From positions 320,001-384,000 of the forward strand of contig JAVJNR010000003.1 of the NCBI GenBank assembly GCA_040217195.1: a DNA stretch of 64,000 nucleotides, given 5' to 3'. Below, in pieces: positions 1 to 11,900 of the stretch. This DNA is from Leptospiraceae bacterium. Lineage in GTDB: Bacteria; Spirochaetota; Leptospiria; Leptospirales; Leptonemataceae. The translations under genes were made by a program, and so were the position numbers. The first letter of the stretch is position 1. Each line of letters opens with the position of its first letter. Under the pieces are notes generated by a model that was not told the origin of the DNA, ran no database searches, and worked only from the letters and a program-made list of their open reading frames with translations.

Positions 1-1188
1 TATTCTGTGCAGCTCAATGTCAGCCAGCCAGTTTACGATGGTGGAAAAACGGCTCTTCGAGCGAAGCTGGCCGAATTGAACCGGGCCAGAATCCGAGATA
101 GAAAAATCTTACTTCGAAATGAGATACGTTTTGAGGCCAGAAAGATATATTTGAGCGTTCAGCGCGCAATCGCCCAGCTGGAAATTCAAAGAGCTTCCCT
201 GAAACGAAGTGCAGCTTTATTGGAGCGATCCAGAGTTGAATTGCGAAATGGTTTGATCACACGGCTGGACTATTCGGAAATAAAGAACCGGCATCAGTCT
301 GCCAGACTATCTCTAAAGTCTCAGAAAGAAAAACTGCGACAGGCCGTGCAGGATCTATGCATTCTCACAGGGATAGGCGTTTCCAGATTCCAGGGCATTC
401 GTCTCCTTGATTTGAGCGAATTGCAAATCAACACGAACCGCCTGTCTCATGAAGAATTGAGCGCCAGCGCCAGCAACCAGCATCCTGAAATGATCAAGGC
501 TAGAAGGACCCTATATCAGGCACGAGAAGAGCATGATATCGCAAATAACTATTACTTACCGCGAATCGCCCTCACTGCCAGGTATGGAAAAACTGGTCAG
601 CGCTGGCCTCCGGAAACAGCAGAATGGGGCTTTGGCTTCAGTATAAGCTTTCGCGGTTTGAACAGTACGTTGAGTAATAACCTGGGCTATAACAGAAGCC
701 AGAACGGAACATCCAGAAGTGTCAACTCTGCCGGTAAGCTTGATTTGTTAAATGAATTGAATAATGAATCCAGAATACTTCGCCAGCGCAAGAAGCTGAT
801 GAGTGCCCGGAGAAGAGTCGCAAACCTCCGGGAGCTATTGCCACTACGCGTGAAAAATTTGATTCAGGAATTGTGGCAACGCAGGCGGGAGCTAGACCTA
901 CAAAGAAAGACCGCAAAAACCGGCAAAAAGAGGTTCCAGGCGGACTCCATTCGATACGAGAACGGAAACCTGTCTCTGGAAGAATACCGTGAGGAAGAGA
1001 TGCGGATGATTCGAAGTACTGAGCAACTGCGACAAAAGCAATCCAGTCTTCTTTTATTCGTCGCACGTATGGAGCGAGAACTGGGGCTGTCCCCGAGGCA
1101 ATTGCAGATACTGAAGCCGCATTATTTATCGCAGGCAGATAGTAGAAGGTTTTTTCGCAATCTATTCTCTGAAGGGCTAAATCAATGA
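1..1188 (+). CDS. TolC-family outer membrane channel (5' part outside window)
   Basis: Frame open from base 1; OEP-like repeats (QPVYDGGK...ELRNGLITRLD; YYLPRIAL...RYENGNLSLEE); first visible gene of an adaptor/RND operon; ATGA overlap with next gene. Confidence 0.85.
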   Translation, partial: YSVQLNVSQPVYDGGKTALRAKLAELNRARIRDRKILLRNEIRFEARKIYLSVQRAIAQLEIQRASLKRSAALLERSRVELRNGLITRLDYSEIKNRHQSARLSLKSQKEKLRQAVQDLCILTGIGVSRFQGIRLLDLSELQINTNRLSHEELSASASNQHPEMIKARRTLYQAREEHDIANNYYLPRIALTARYGKTGQRWPPETAEWGFGFSISFRGLNSTLSNNLGYNRSQNGTSRSVNSAGKLDLLNELNNESRILRQRKKLMSARRRVANLRELLPLRVKNLIQELWQRRRELDLQRKTAKTGKKRFQADSIRYENGNLSLEEYREEEMRMIRSTEQLRQKQSSLLLFVARMERELGLSPRQLQILKPHYLSQADSRRFFRNLFSEGLNQ

Positions 1189-2594
1189 AATCAGGTTTCG
1201 CATCCAGAAAGATATCGCTGCCCAATTCCATTTTCCTGATATTTTCCGTAATCTCGGTGTTGTGCTCCGATAGCCAAAAACCCGGAAAGCTGATTCCTGA
1301 GGTAGAGACTATCACCCTGGAAAAAAGGGATCTGGCACGAACCATTGAAAAAGGCGCCTCTGTGGTCTACCTGAACAAGGCCTCCATTTCATCCCCCATC
1401 ACCGGTACCCTTAGCTCGATCAAAGTTCAACCAGGAGATTCCGTTCTTCCCAACCAGCCGGTCGCCCAGCTCGAAACCCTTAAGTTAGAAATAGCTCTGA
1501 AACAGGCTCGCGCGAAGGAATCCAGTGCCCGGTCGCACTGGAAGCTGGCAAAAGTACAACTCTCAGAGTCCAGAAAGGATTCAGAAAAGACCCTGCAATC
1601 CATTGAGGCAGCTCGGGCCGATCTAATCCAGGCCAGAACCGATTTTCTTCGGGCCCGATCCGAACTGAGCAATCAAAGGAAGTTGTTCGAAATTGGCGGT
1701 TTGTCCAGAAACAAGATGAAAGCGGTATATTCCAGGTATCTTGCCGCAGTGAGCCGGTATTACAAAACCAGGCAATCAATTCAAAGCCGAAAGATTGGGT
1801 TTCGCAAGGAAGACCTGCAGAATTCCAATTTGAATATTCCGAAATCCACCAGAGAACAAAAATCCGCTTTGATAGAACTTAATTCCCGATCCGACCGTCG
1901 CTCTCTTGAAGCGGCCCGGGCAAATTACAGAGCAGCTAGAACAAGGCGCGAAACCGCCAGTCGAATGCTACAGGAAGCAACCATACGATCACCATTGAAA
2001 GGTGTGGTGGCCACTCGAAAGAAAGAGCCCGGAGAAGAAGTCCAGGCCGGTAAGCCTTTCCTTACAGTGGTTAGAACCGATAAATTGCTGGTCCAAACAA
2101 GTGTTTCGGAGATGGACCGACCGAATCTACACCTGGATCAGCCAGCATTTGTATCGGTGGATGTGTATCCTGACGTGGAGTTCGAGGGAAGAATTCATCG
2201 CATCTCGCCTGTTGCGAATCCAAAGAGCCGATCATTTCAAGTTAGTGTTCTGGTAAACAATGACAGGGAACATCACATTTCCCCTGGAATGTTCGCACGA
2301 GTTAGGATCAAAACTGCCAGTACCGGAGATTGTCTTTCTCTCCCACTTCGCGCTCTGGACTCCAGAGAGGATTCAATCGCTCCAGGAACCGAGAAAATGA
2401 TATATGTACTGCGCAATGGTCATGTATTTCATCGGCGTATCCAGATTGGTCCCAGGTTCGGAAACCGTTATCGCATTCAGGGATTGAATCCCGGTGATCG
2501 GGTTGTGATATCAAACCCATCACTTTTGCGAGACGGTATGGCTGTAAAAGACATCTCCAGAATGAACAACAAATCAAGAAAGGAGGAGAAATGA
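1185..2594 (+). CDS. RND periplasmic adaptor (MFP) with long alpha-hairpin
   Basis: Lipoyl half-motifs SSPITGTL..VQPGDSV and TIRSPLKGVV; FEGRIHRISP and ISPGMFARV; N-terminal hydrophobic segment ending in Cys. Confidence 0.9.
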   Translation: MKSGFASRKISLPNSIFLIFSVISVLCSDSQKPGKLIPEVETITLEKRDLARTIEKGASVVYLNKASISSPITGTLSSIKVQPGDSVLPNQPVAQLETLKLEIALKQARAKESSARSHWKLAKVQLSESRKDSEKTLQSIEAARADLIQARTDFLRARSELSNQRKLFEIGGLSRNKMKAVYSRYLAAVSRYYKTRQSIQSRKIGFRKEDLQNSNLNIPKSTREQKSALIELNSRSDRRSLEAARANYRAARTRRETASRMLQEATIRSPLKGVVATRKKEPGEEVQAGKPFLTVVRTDKLLVQTSVSEMDRPNLHLDQPAFVSVDVYPDVEFEGRIHRISPVANPKSRSFQVSVLVNNDREHHISPGMFARVRIKTASTGDCLSLPLRALDSREDSIAPGTEKMIYVLRNGHVFHRRIQIGPRFGNRYRIQGLNPGDRVVISNPSLLRDGMAVKDISRMNNKSRKEEK

Positions 2595-4171
2595 ATCTTA
2601 CAGCCAAAAGGTTTTGCATTCGAAATGCCCACCGAAATTCGCAAAGATCTGGGAATGCAGATTCAATGATGAAGTGGATAACGTTCGCCGCTATTTGCAT
2701 TATCTCATTCAGCCCGGCATGCAAGAAGGCCGCAGACATACCCGGACTACTGTTTTCTGATCCAGGGGAACACCCCCGAGTAACCAGATCCAGCCCACTT
2801 CCGGGACAGAATGGCGTGGCCCTGGATACTCCAATATTCATAGAGTTTGATCGCAGTATGGATCGACAATCTGTGCAGGATTCGTTCTCTTTTTCAGGTA
2901 CCGCATCCAGCGAAGGAGAGTTTCGATGGGTGGGTAATCGACTTTACTATGATCTGGACAAACCGCTGAGTCCCGGTGCAAGCTATGAGCTCACTCTGGG
3001 AAAGAATGCCATGGATAAAGATGGCAGAACTCTGGGCATCCCCTATTACCTCTCTTTCTATGCAGGATCCAGAGTGGATGCTCCGGTAATCGAAAGCATG
3101 ACTCCGGCTCCCAGCGCGGATAGCGCCCCGCCAGGAACGGCCATAGAGATTCTATTTTCTCGGTCGATGAATCCGGCTTCAGTGGTGCGAGCTTTCCAGA
3201 TTTCGCCTGCAGTGGAAGGGGCCATTGAGTGGGAAAACCAGAATCAGAAGCTCATATTTATGCCGTACCGAGCCCTGGAAGTGGGCCGCAGCTACAGTGC
3301 AATCATAGCTAAAGGTGCGAAAGATACTGAGGGAATTGAAATCGCCAATCGATTTTCGGCCACCTTTCAGGTTGGTGATGACTTTGATGCGCCAGCGGTC
3401 GTAAACGTCTACGAATCAGGCAATCCGGTATCGATATCAGATAATGGGACTGGTATTCTAAAGAATTCAAAATTCACCATTGAGTTCGATGAACCTATGC
3501 ACTACAAGCAAACGCTTCGAGCAACAAGCATACGGAAGCGAGACGGAGGCCCTGCTTTGAATGCCCAGCTATCCTGGAGCGAAAATTTCAAAGAATTGCA
3601 GATTGATCCTTCGGAGCCCCTGGAACCGGAAACGGAGTACCGAATTCGTATAGGCACATCGGCAACAGATCAAGCAGGAAATCGATTGGAGGATGTATTC
3701 ACACTGGATTTCACAGTAGATAACTCCTCCGGAGGATTTAATTCAAACTTCCTTTCGCTTCTCAGAGTGAAGAAGGTCTATCCAGGAGACATAGAAGAAT
3801 TGAGCAGTAACCAGACAGAGATTACAACCGTTGAATTGCCTTCTGCCTACGGTGGTGGCTGGTCCGCAATTATCCAGCTGGAATTCAGTCATCCGGTGGA
3901 TACCTCCTCTTTACTACCAGAAAACGTAACTATCTCCAGTCTGGCTGGTTCCTTTTCTGGTTCGGTGCACATAAAATCCGTGGAATTCGATGGCACAGAG
4001 TCTTTTTCGGGTAACATCGTTCGCCTGGAGCTACGTAATCTATTTCCCAATCTGTATCGCCTTCGTATTCGCGGTAGCCGCTCAGGAGTTCGCTCCCGGG
4101 GTCGCACCGGCGAATTGTCCACCTGGATGTCCGATGACCGAGTTATCTATTTCCGTCCCGCAGAACAATGA
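2591..4171 (+). CDS. Lipoprotein with tandem SbsA-Ig/Big_5-like domains
   Basis: AGGAGG RBS; lipobox-like FSPAC; three or more repeats of P.V....P.......I.I.F...M ... L.PG..Y...I...A.D..G..L; alternative start 2666. Confidence 0.8.
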   Translation: MNLTAKRFCIRNAHRNSQRSGNADSMMKWITFAAICIISFSPACKKAADIPGLLFSDPGEHPRVTRSSPLPGQNGVALDTPIFIEFDRSMDRQSVQDSFSFSGTASSEGEFRWVGNRLYYDLDKPLSPGASYELTLGKNAMDKDGRTLGIPYYLSFYAGSRVDAPVIESMTPAPSADSAPPGTAIEILFSRSMNPASVVRAFQISPAVEGAIEWENQNQKLIFMPYRALEVGRSYSAIIAKGAKDTEGIEIANRFSATFQVGDDFDAPAVVNVYESGNPVSISDNGTGILKNSKFTIEFDEPMHYKQTLRATSIRKRDGGPALNAQLSWSENFKELQIDPSEPLEPETEYRIRIGTSATDQAGNRLEDVFTLDFTVDNSSGGFNSNFLSLLRVKKVYPGDIEELSSNQTEITTVELPSAYGGGWSAIIQLEFSHPVDTSSLLPENVTISSLAGSFSGSVHIKSVEFDGTESFSGNIVRLELRNLFPNLYRLRIRGSRSGVRSRGRTGELSTWMSDDRVIYFRPAEQ

Positions 4172-4214
4172 AAGCCTTCGAGGCAACGGCCTTCCGTCCG
4201 ACGGCAGATTAATT

Positions 4215-5756
4215 ATGCAGCCAAATATGTACAAAAAGAAACTTCCAGGAATCATGATTCCTGGCGGATTGCTGCTTCCGGTAGTCTTTGCACTCATGTT
4301 TCTACCCGGTGCGTGCAGCGAAAAGGACGTAGCAACGTCCATGCTTCCCGGTTTTCAGGAATCGCCCAGAGTTCTGGCTTCTTATCCTCCGGATGGAATG
4401 GAAGGTCTGGATTCGAACAAGGGCATCTGGGTTCTATTTGATCAACCGATGGATCGAACTCGCACGGAACGTGCCTTTGGACTCACAGGTTCAGCCGGAC
4501 AGGTACCGGGGGCGTTTCGCTGGGATGCTCCCGGAAAGCTAGAATTCTTTCCGGCCAGATCCCTGGATGGGCGCAAATATTTGCTTCGAGTAGGAACCAA
4601 AGCGGAGTCCAGGGCTGGTCTGGATCTGCAGCAGGAGTACAGAGCCCAATTCAGCACCTCTGTGGATTCTGAAGGTCCAGAACTTCTGGACTCGGTGCCC
4701 TCCGACGGACAGCAGGGTGTTAGCAAGGAGGTTAATATTCAATTATCCTTCTCTGAGCCTATTTCTCTGGAAGGTCTGAACGATGGACTGAACCTGAATC
4801 CGTCCATGCGATATCAGTTGGACCTTCAGGATCAAGGCAGGGAAATTATTATTCAGCCGGCTTCGCATCTAATTGTAGGCCAGAGATATACGGTTTCCTT
4901 GAATGAATCCATAGTGGACGTTTCAGGTAATCCGTTAAAGAGTCCTACCAGAATATCTTTTCTGGTAGGAAGTGACCACAATGCTCCAGACATAAGCTCG
5001 GTCCAGGTAGGCGAAGAAGATCTGAGTGAAGGAACAGTCACCGCAAATGTCAGTAAGTATGGGCCCATTAGAATCAGTTTCTCTGAGCCCGTGGACCCTT
5101 TAGCTGCGGAAGATGGTATCCGACTTTCGCCAGAGGCAGAAATGGATATTTCCTGGGATGAATCCAACTCGATTCTAAGCCTTAACCCACAGCCTTCATT
5201 GAGCGGCGAAAGCTACTATGAACTCTCTATTTCCGAAGAAGTGAAAGACCTTGCTGGCAATCCATTGAACAACCCGGGATTGTTCTTCTTTTTGACCAAT
5301 GCCCGGGATTCCACCGCACCCAGGGTATCCATGATTCAGCAGGGAAAGGTGAGCATGCCCGGTGGCATTGATGGTGCAGAACCCGTAACCGAATACTTCC
5401 CGGATCCTGAATTACCAGATTACGGGATCGTAGACACCGCCCAGCTTGCAGATACGGACAACGGAGAAGCCGGGATGCGAGCAGCTCTAGTGTTTAGGAT
5501 CTTATTCACAGAGGATATGCAGCTAACGTCTCTGTACGAGGCAATTCGCTTTATCCCGGTCATTGATACCGGCGGCTCGGAGTTGGAGGTTCACAGTGTC
5601 TCCCGCGGAGCCGAAAAAAACGAAGCCATTGTCCTGGCCTCCTGGACACCGGCCGCAGGGGCCTCCCCAGTCTATGCCCTGGAAATATCAACCCGGGCTC
5701 TGGACTCAGATGGAAATGCCCTCCCTGAGCGATTCAGAAGATATTTGTCCCTTTGA
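4215..5756 (+). CDS. Second lipoprotein with tandem SbsA-Ig/Big_5-like domains
   Basis: Lipobox-like LPGAC; repeats LFDQPMD, FSEPIS, FSEPVD and DVSGNPL/DLAGNPL/DSDGNAL; start moved from the track's 3990 (overlaps upstream gene) to ATG 4215 (4227 also possible). Confidence 0.8.
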   Translation: MQPNMYKKKLPGIMIPGGLLLPVVFALMFLPGACSEKDVATSMLPGFQESPRVLASYPPDGMEGLDSNKGIWVLFDQPMDRTRTERAFGLTGSAGQVPGAFRWDAPGKLEFFPARSLDGRKYLLRVGTKAESRAGLDLQQEYRAQFSTSVDSEGPELLDSVPSDGQQGVSKEVNIQLSFSEPISLEGLNDGLNLNPSMRYQLDLQDQGREIIIQPASHLIVGQRYTVSLNESIVDVSGNPLKSPTRISFLVGSDHNAPDISSVQVGEEDLSEGTVTANVSKYGPIRISFSEPVDPLAAEDGIRLSPEAEMDISWDESNSILSLNPQPSLSGESYYELSISEEVKDLAGNPLNNPGLFFFLTNARDSTAPRVSMIQQGKVSMPGGIDGAEPVTEYFPDPELPDYGIVDTAQLADTDNGEAGMRAALVFRILFTEDMQLTSLYEAIRFIPVIDTGGSELEVHSVSRGAEKNEAIVLASWTPAAGASPVYALEISTRALDSDGNALPERFRRYLSL

Positions 5757-5762
5757 TTCACT

Positions 5763-8700
5763 ATGCTTCGCTTCATTCTGTGCCGACCCATTGCAGCATT
5801 GATGACCACCGGATTTTTGACCCTTGTGGGAATTCTTGGTCTTCATCGCATACAGGTATCCATGCTACCTGAAATTGAATTCCCTCGGATATTTCTGGTA
5901 ACCCACTTCCCGGGCATGGCGCCCAGGGAAGTAGAACAGATGCTTACCATGCCCCTGGAAAAAGCAATCGCAGGGACGGAAGCCATTAACGAAATAGAAT
6001 CTAGAACGGAGAGAGGACTTTCGGTTCTCCGTGTTTCCTTTGACTGGGGTACAGAGCGAGAGCATGCGATGGTTGCACTGCGGCAGCAACTGGACCGCAT
6101 ATATACCACTTTGCCAAAAAACGCATCTCGAACAGAGATATTGCCATTCAATCCTGCAAGAAAACCAATTGCACTACTGCATGCCCGAGATCGGGGCCCC
6201 GGCAAGCGACTCAGATTCTTCATCGATACTGTGCTACGACCCGAGCTCCAGAGGATACCTGGAGTGGCCTCTCTGGAAATTGATGGAGGATTCGAGCGAG
6301 AAATTCAGGTATCCCTGGATCGTCCGCGTCTGTACGGATTCGGTTTGGATATCCGCTCGGTCATTCAATCTCTGAGATCGCAGAACATTACCAAACCTGT
6401 AGGTTTTGTTCGTAGCGGAGATTATGAGAAAACTGTCCGAGTCGATGGCAAAGCCAGAAGCCTTGAATCTCTTTCGAAAATACCTGTTGGCCGAAACGGA
6501 GAATCCATCATTCAACTTTCCGATTTCGCAAACATTCAGGACGGATATGCAGACCGACAGGGGCAACTACTGCTGAATGGAAAACCTGCTGTGCTCATCG
6601 GCCTGCGCAAAGAGCCATCCGCAAATACTCTGGCAACAGCAGAGAGAATTCGAAAAGCCGTACAGAGGTTGAATCGTCAATACCGAAAAAGCCTTGAGCT
6701 AAAGATGATTGAAGACAAGTCCAGAAAAGTCAGTGAGTCCATCCGTTCCATACGGAATGCTGCAACCCTGGGATCCATTCTGGCCTTCGCATTGTTATTG
6801 TTTTTTCTAAATAACCTTCGAACATCTCTCTTTGTGGCATTAACGATTCCCCTTTCTGTGCTCATATCCTGCGGCGCATTATTTCTTCTGGACGTATCTC
6901 TAAATATGATGAGCCTGGGAGGTCTCACTCTGGGAGTGGGCATGCTAATAGATGGTTCCATCATGGTGACTGAATCTATCGCACGCAGCTCTGACCATGA
7001 CCTGGATTCTGGAAGCATTACCCTGGAAAAGGTTTATCGCGGCACTTCCAACGTCATAGGCTCTCTGTTTGCTTCCTGCTCCACAACGATAGTGGTTTTC
7101 TTTCCTGTTGTTTTCTTGTCCGGCATTGCCGCAGCACTCTTTCGGGACCTTGCCATTGCAGTTATTGTTTCTACTATTGCCGGTCTTTACTGCTCTACCG
7201 TCTTCATACCTGTTTTAACTATCCAATTTAATAAATCGAAGGATCCGCCCATAAAGGATGAGTCTATTGGAAAGACCCAGATGCCACAGACCGGCGAAAA
7301 GCAATACGCTGCACAGAGTAAAGCGGCTGCTTTGAATACTATGTTAGAGTTCCGGTACAGGAAATTGATTGGCCAAGCACTCAGACGACCTGGCCCGGTA
7401 CTGGTTTCTGCATTCACAATATCCATTCTGGCAATATTTCTTCTGGCCCTGCTCCCACGGTCCGTAATGCCTGAGCCCGAACCGTCAGCGCTGGAAGCCA
7501 ACATGACCTTGCCCGCCGGGAGCAACTTCCAGGCCACGTCTGATGTTGCCAGATCAATCTACCAGGGAATCTCAAAGCATCCAGGATTGAAATCATCTGT
7601 GATTCGAGTGGGTCAGGAAGGCGATGATCATTCAAAACTGGCCCTGGGTCCCAGGCCAGGCAACGAAGCTGATTTTGTTTTCTTTATCAAATCAGGCTTC
7701 CCCGGTAATTCCCTTCTAGCGACCCTTCGAAACCTGATTCCAGAGGATCAATCTCTTTCCTTGCAGATCCGGCGGCGGCCAGGACCGATCCATTCCATTC
7801 TGGGAGAAGGCAGCAATCAGTACCAAATCTACCTTTCGAAAGTTAGCGATGATCTGGCCCACCAGGTATTGGAGGAAGCCTCCAACAGGCTTAAGGGTTT
7901 ACCAGGTGTGATCTTCGTTGATGGAGATTCTCTGCAGACCAGCCCAGTTCTAGACATTCGTGTGGATCGTAAGCAGGCAGCCCATTCGGGGCTTAACACC
8001 CTGCAAATAGGAAGGCAATTGAGGAGCTCTGTTCATGGGAACGTTGCATCCTTGTTTCGTGAAGGAGATCGCAGCATCGATATCCGAGTTCGTCTGGCGG
8101 AGCGATTCAGAAATAGGAAGGAACATCTGAGTCAAATTCGAATGAGCGGAAGGAAACATCAGATAGCCCTGAAAGGACTGATCAATACTCGGCAGAACTC
8201 CGAAAAGCCCGCACTCAAGAGACTCAATCAAAAGCGGATTCACAGTTTACGATTCCGAATAGCACCGGAACGAAAGGAGGAAACTCTCGAGGCCGTTTCT
8301 AATCTTCTGGAACAGATCATAGAATCCAGTACGGCCCTGAACGATCGCGCTATCTATTCAGTGACGCCGGCCAATACTAAAGCTAAGGAGTCGCTTAGAA
8401 GTCTTATCTTTGCATTCCTGTTCTCCGGAATTCTAATCTTTCAACTAATGGCTGCCCAATTCGAGTCACTGAGCCAGGCACTGGCCTTAATTCTCACTAT
8501 TCCCTCAATCCTACCCGGAGTGGCATTTGCTCTACTTATTACGGACCAGGGACTGAACATTAGTTCAGCCATTGGAATCATTCTTTTGGCCGGAATCGTA
8601 ATCAATGCATCCATCGCATTACATGAAGCCATCCAGTTGCGGATCAGGCAAAGAACGCCCAGGAATGCTGCCGAATTGAAGGAAATCCTGGGCGCTGCCG

Positions 8701-8909
8701 GAGCTGTGCGAATCCGGCCAATTCTTTTAACGGCTCTAACGACCATGGGCGGGATCCTCCCACTGGCTCTGGGACTGGGTTCCGGTGCACAGAATCAGCA
8801 ACCGATGGCCGCAGCCATGCTGGGCGGCCTGGCATCCGGAACCTTCGCATCGTTGATTGTATATCCAACTCTATACTATATCCTGGAGCGGCGCAGATTT
8901 ATAGCATGA
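5763..8909 (+). CDS. RND (AcrB/AcrD/AcrF family) permease 1
   Basis: 1048 aa; LPEIEFP, PGMAPREVEQMLTMPLE, SLNMMSLGGL, GMLIDGSIMVTE, MAAQFES, RIRPILLTALTT. Confidence 0.93.
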   Translation: MLRFILCRPIAALMTTGFLTLVGILGLHRIQVSMLPEIEFPRIFLVTHFPGMAPREVEQMLTMPLEKAIAGTEAINEIESRTERGLSVLRVSFDWGTEREHAMVALRQQLDRIYTTLPKNASRTEILPFNPARKPIALLHARDRGPGKRLRFFIDTVLRPELQRIPGVASLEIDGGFEREIQVSLDRPRLYGFGLDIRSVIQSLRSQNITKPVGFVRSGDYEKTVRVDGKARSLESLSKIPVGRNGESIIQLSDFANIQDGYADRQGQLLLNGKPAVLIGLRKEPSANTLATAERIRKAVQRLNRQYRKSLELKMIEDKSRKVSESIRSIRNAATLGSILAFALLLFFLNNLRTSLFVALTIPLSVLISCGALFLLDVSLNMMSLGGLTLGVGMLIDGSIMVTESIARSSDHDLDSGSITLEKVYRGTSNVIGSLFASCSTTIVVFFPVVFLSGIAAALFRDLAIAVIVSTIAGLYCSTVFIPVLTIQFNKSKDPPIKDESIGKTQMPQTGEKQYAAQSKAAALNTMLEFRYRKLIGQALRRPGPVLVSAFTISILAIFLLALLPRSVMPEPEPSALEANMTLPAGSNFQATSDVARSIYQGISKHPGLKSSVIRVGQEGDDHSKLALGPRPGNEADFVFFIKSGFPGNSLLATLRNLIPEDQSLSLQIRRRPGPIHSILGEGSNQYQIYLSKVSDDLAHQVLEEASNRLKGLPGVIFVDGDSLQTSPVLDIRVDRKQAAHSGLNTLQIGRQLRSSVHGNVASLFREGDRSIDIRVRLAERFRNRKEHLSQIRMSGRKHQIALKGLINTRQNSEKPALKRLNQKRIHSLRFRIAPERKEETLEAVSNLLEQIIESSTALNDRAIYSVTPANTKAKESLRSLIFAFLFSGILIFQLMAAQFESLSQALALILTIPSILPGVAFALLITDQGLNISSAIGIILLAGIVINASIALHEAIQLRIRQRTPRNAAELKEILGAAGAVRIRPILLTALTTMGGILPLALGLGSGAQNQQPMAAAMLGGLASGTFASLIVYPTLYYILERRRFIA

Positions 8910-11900
8910 GACACCGCAGCCCTGATCCCGGTAATTCCCGGAAGAACAATATCTTCCTGGCAATAGTGTCTCGACCTACGGCCTGTTTGATGATAGCTGT
9001 GATACTGGTGCAGGTAGGCTGCATATCTCTGTTTCGCATACCCCTGGGATTAATACCCTCTTCGGAGAATCGGGCTATCACAATAGTTACTCGATATTCG
9101 GGAAAAGATCCAGAAACCATCGAGCGACTGATTACCAGGCCGCTGGAAGAGTCTCTCAGTGATCTGCGGGGCCTGAAGCGTACTACCTCGGAATCAAGAG
9201 AGGGAGAATCCAGAATCAATGCCTGGTTCAAAAGGAATGTGCCAATTGAGCTTAGAATCAATGAAACCAGCGAAAAGATTCAGCCATTGGTCGGTAACTT
9301 CCCATCAGACGTAAACCGTCCTTACATCATAGAATACAGTAATAATGATAAACCTGTATTTGCTTTTTCCTTACAAAGTGATTCCCGGAGTCTTTTCTCT
9401 ATTAGAAGCTTTGTCGAAAGCCAGCTCAGTCCGGAACTAAATCAAATTCCAGGAGTGGCGGATGTATCCGTTGTGGGCAGCACCCCTGAAGAGATTCAGA
9501 TGATCCTCGATCCGTTGCCTCTATTCTCCAGTAAAGTCAGACCCGGAACGATCGCCAGCCTGGTCCGGCAGAATATGAATCAAACAGTGGTCGGTCAAAT
9601 CTGGGAACCAACAGTACGGACTGTGCGAATCGATTCATCGATCGATTCCGTAGCGGAACTGCGCCGACTGAATCTTTCTGGTTCATCAAACTCAGTTTCC
9701 CACTGGGCGCAAACTCGTCGAGGCTCCAGAAGGCCTACCAGTATCTCTCGCACCGATGGACATCGCCGAGTATCAGTTTTCTTAAGCAAGAAATCCTCGG
9801 GCAGTATCCTCAGAATTGCAGAAGAGGCCCGGTCACTTCTGGAAAGCAAATCGTTACCGGAAGATCTTCATAGGAGCATTGTCCTGGACCGGGGGATACT
9901 TGTTCGTGAAAGCCTGCATTCACTTCTGGTAGCATGCCTGTTCGGATCGCTGATCGCCGCCGGCACCATGTTTCTATTCATCCGAAATCTGGTCCTTACC
10001 CTCATTGCATCTTTGAGCATTCCGTTCTCTATAACTGCATCGTTTTCCTTTTTTCTTTGGTCCGGCATTGAGCTCCATGCAATTACCTTCAGTGCGCTGG
10101 CTCTCAGCACTGGCCTTTTAATAGACAATGCAATTGTGGTCACGGAACGCATACATTCGCTTTTCGAAGAGGGAACAAATTCCATAAGCAATTGTGCAGA
10201 ATCGCTAAAGGAGTCTGCAGGTGCGCTATTTGGAGGCACGTTCAGCACGATGGTGGCCTTTCTTCCGGTACTCTTTCTGGAAGGGTCCCACCGCCAGAGG
10301 TACCTGGATTTCGCTCTGTCTATTAGCTTCCCGTTAATACTCAGTCTGTTCTTTGCATTGGTAGTTTTGCCCGGAGCTCTCAGGCGGCAGAAACGTTACA
10401 GAACAAGACCAGAGAAGCGCAAGACCTTTCTTTTAGAAAAACAAATTCTGGTTCTAACCAGAAATTGGAGACTGGTCGTTGCGATAAATCTGGGTTTGAC
10501 CCTGTTGCTCATGATTCTGCTCTGGCAGACTCCTATTATTTCAACCAATTCAGATTCTCCGGATCAAATTCATGCCCGGGTAAGCCTGCCCACAGGGATG
10601 CATTTGCAACGAACCGCTGAGATCTTCAACTCTCTGGAGAAGAAGGCAAAATTCCATCCCATGGTCCGAAATGTGGATGCTCGAATTGAAAAAAACCAGG
10701 GGGATCTGTATCTGTCATTGGTCCAGACCGCTGCCCTGCACCGGGTAATAGAGGACTTAAGGATGTCGTTAAACCAGGTTCCCAGGGCTTTCGTCCACTT
10801 TCGCAGCACTGATTCAGGGCTTGATCATAAGATTCGCATCAATTTTCTGGGAAATGATTTTGCCCGGTTGCGAGAGGTGGTACGATCCTTTGCGCAAGAA
10901 GTGCGAAAACCAGGAACAAGAAGAGTGATATTTCATTTTAGAAAGCCAAGGAAGTATCTGGATTTTCGGCCTTCCCTGGAGGTCCGGTCCCGGGAATCTC
11001 TGGCACCGGCCAGGCTTGCCGGCCTTCTGAAGATCAATATGCAGGGAATAGTAATCTCCAAGTTGCACCTGGATCAAAAAGAAATGGATCTTCGTCTGAT
11101 GGGGGATTGGAGTCCAGCCAACGGGCTCTCGGAATTAGAGAATTTCCCCATTCCTCATGGTAGCGATATTCGCTCTCTAAAAGAACTGGGACGATTTAAG
11201 GAGTCAATGGGAGAACCGGCAATCTGGCACAAAAACAAGCGTAGATCACTATCGCTCACGGTAGAAATGACGGAACCAGAACATGAAACTGTGGTGGAGC
11301 GACTTCATTCATTCTTTCAGAGTAAAGTCAGGGATCGGAACATTGGCTTTTCTCTGGGTCGCAAGTATCGGCAAGCCAGAAATCAGGGTTATGAGTTCAT
11401 CCTTTCCATATTTGCTGCGCTGCTATTGATCTACCTCTTTCTCGGTGCACTCTTTGAAAGCTTCAAGATTCCACTAATTATTCTATTTAGCATCCCCATT
11501 CCAATAGTTTCCGCACTATTAGCCCAGGTACTGGTATTTGGCAGTCTATCGCAAGTTGCATTGTTTTCTCTGATGATGCTCGGAGGGTTAACAGCAAATG
11601 GGGGGATCTTGATGGCCTCCACAATCAAAAACCAGAGTTTGCTTCGGGAGTCGGCCGCACCGGAATGCTTTCGAATCATAGTGCGAGCCGCACAAATGCG
11701 CCTTCGTCCGGTACTTCTTACATGCATTACCAGCATAGCCGGTATGCTACCTCTGCTCTTCAGTTCAGGCTGGGCATCCAATCTGTGGAAACCGGTGGCA
11801 CTTATTACAATTACAGGCACGCTGGTGACCATTCCCACCGTCCTCTTTCTCATCCCCGCGGCATATTACGTCCTTATCTCTCGGGCAGCTCCGTCGAGAA

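Noticed and set aside
3990..4214. Long N-terminal extensions in the ORF track (3990, 11665, 24127, 46634, 46926, 48806, 49260, 57598)
   Set aside because: They overlap neighbouring genes or precede better RBS/signal-peptide starts; downstream starts were chosen
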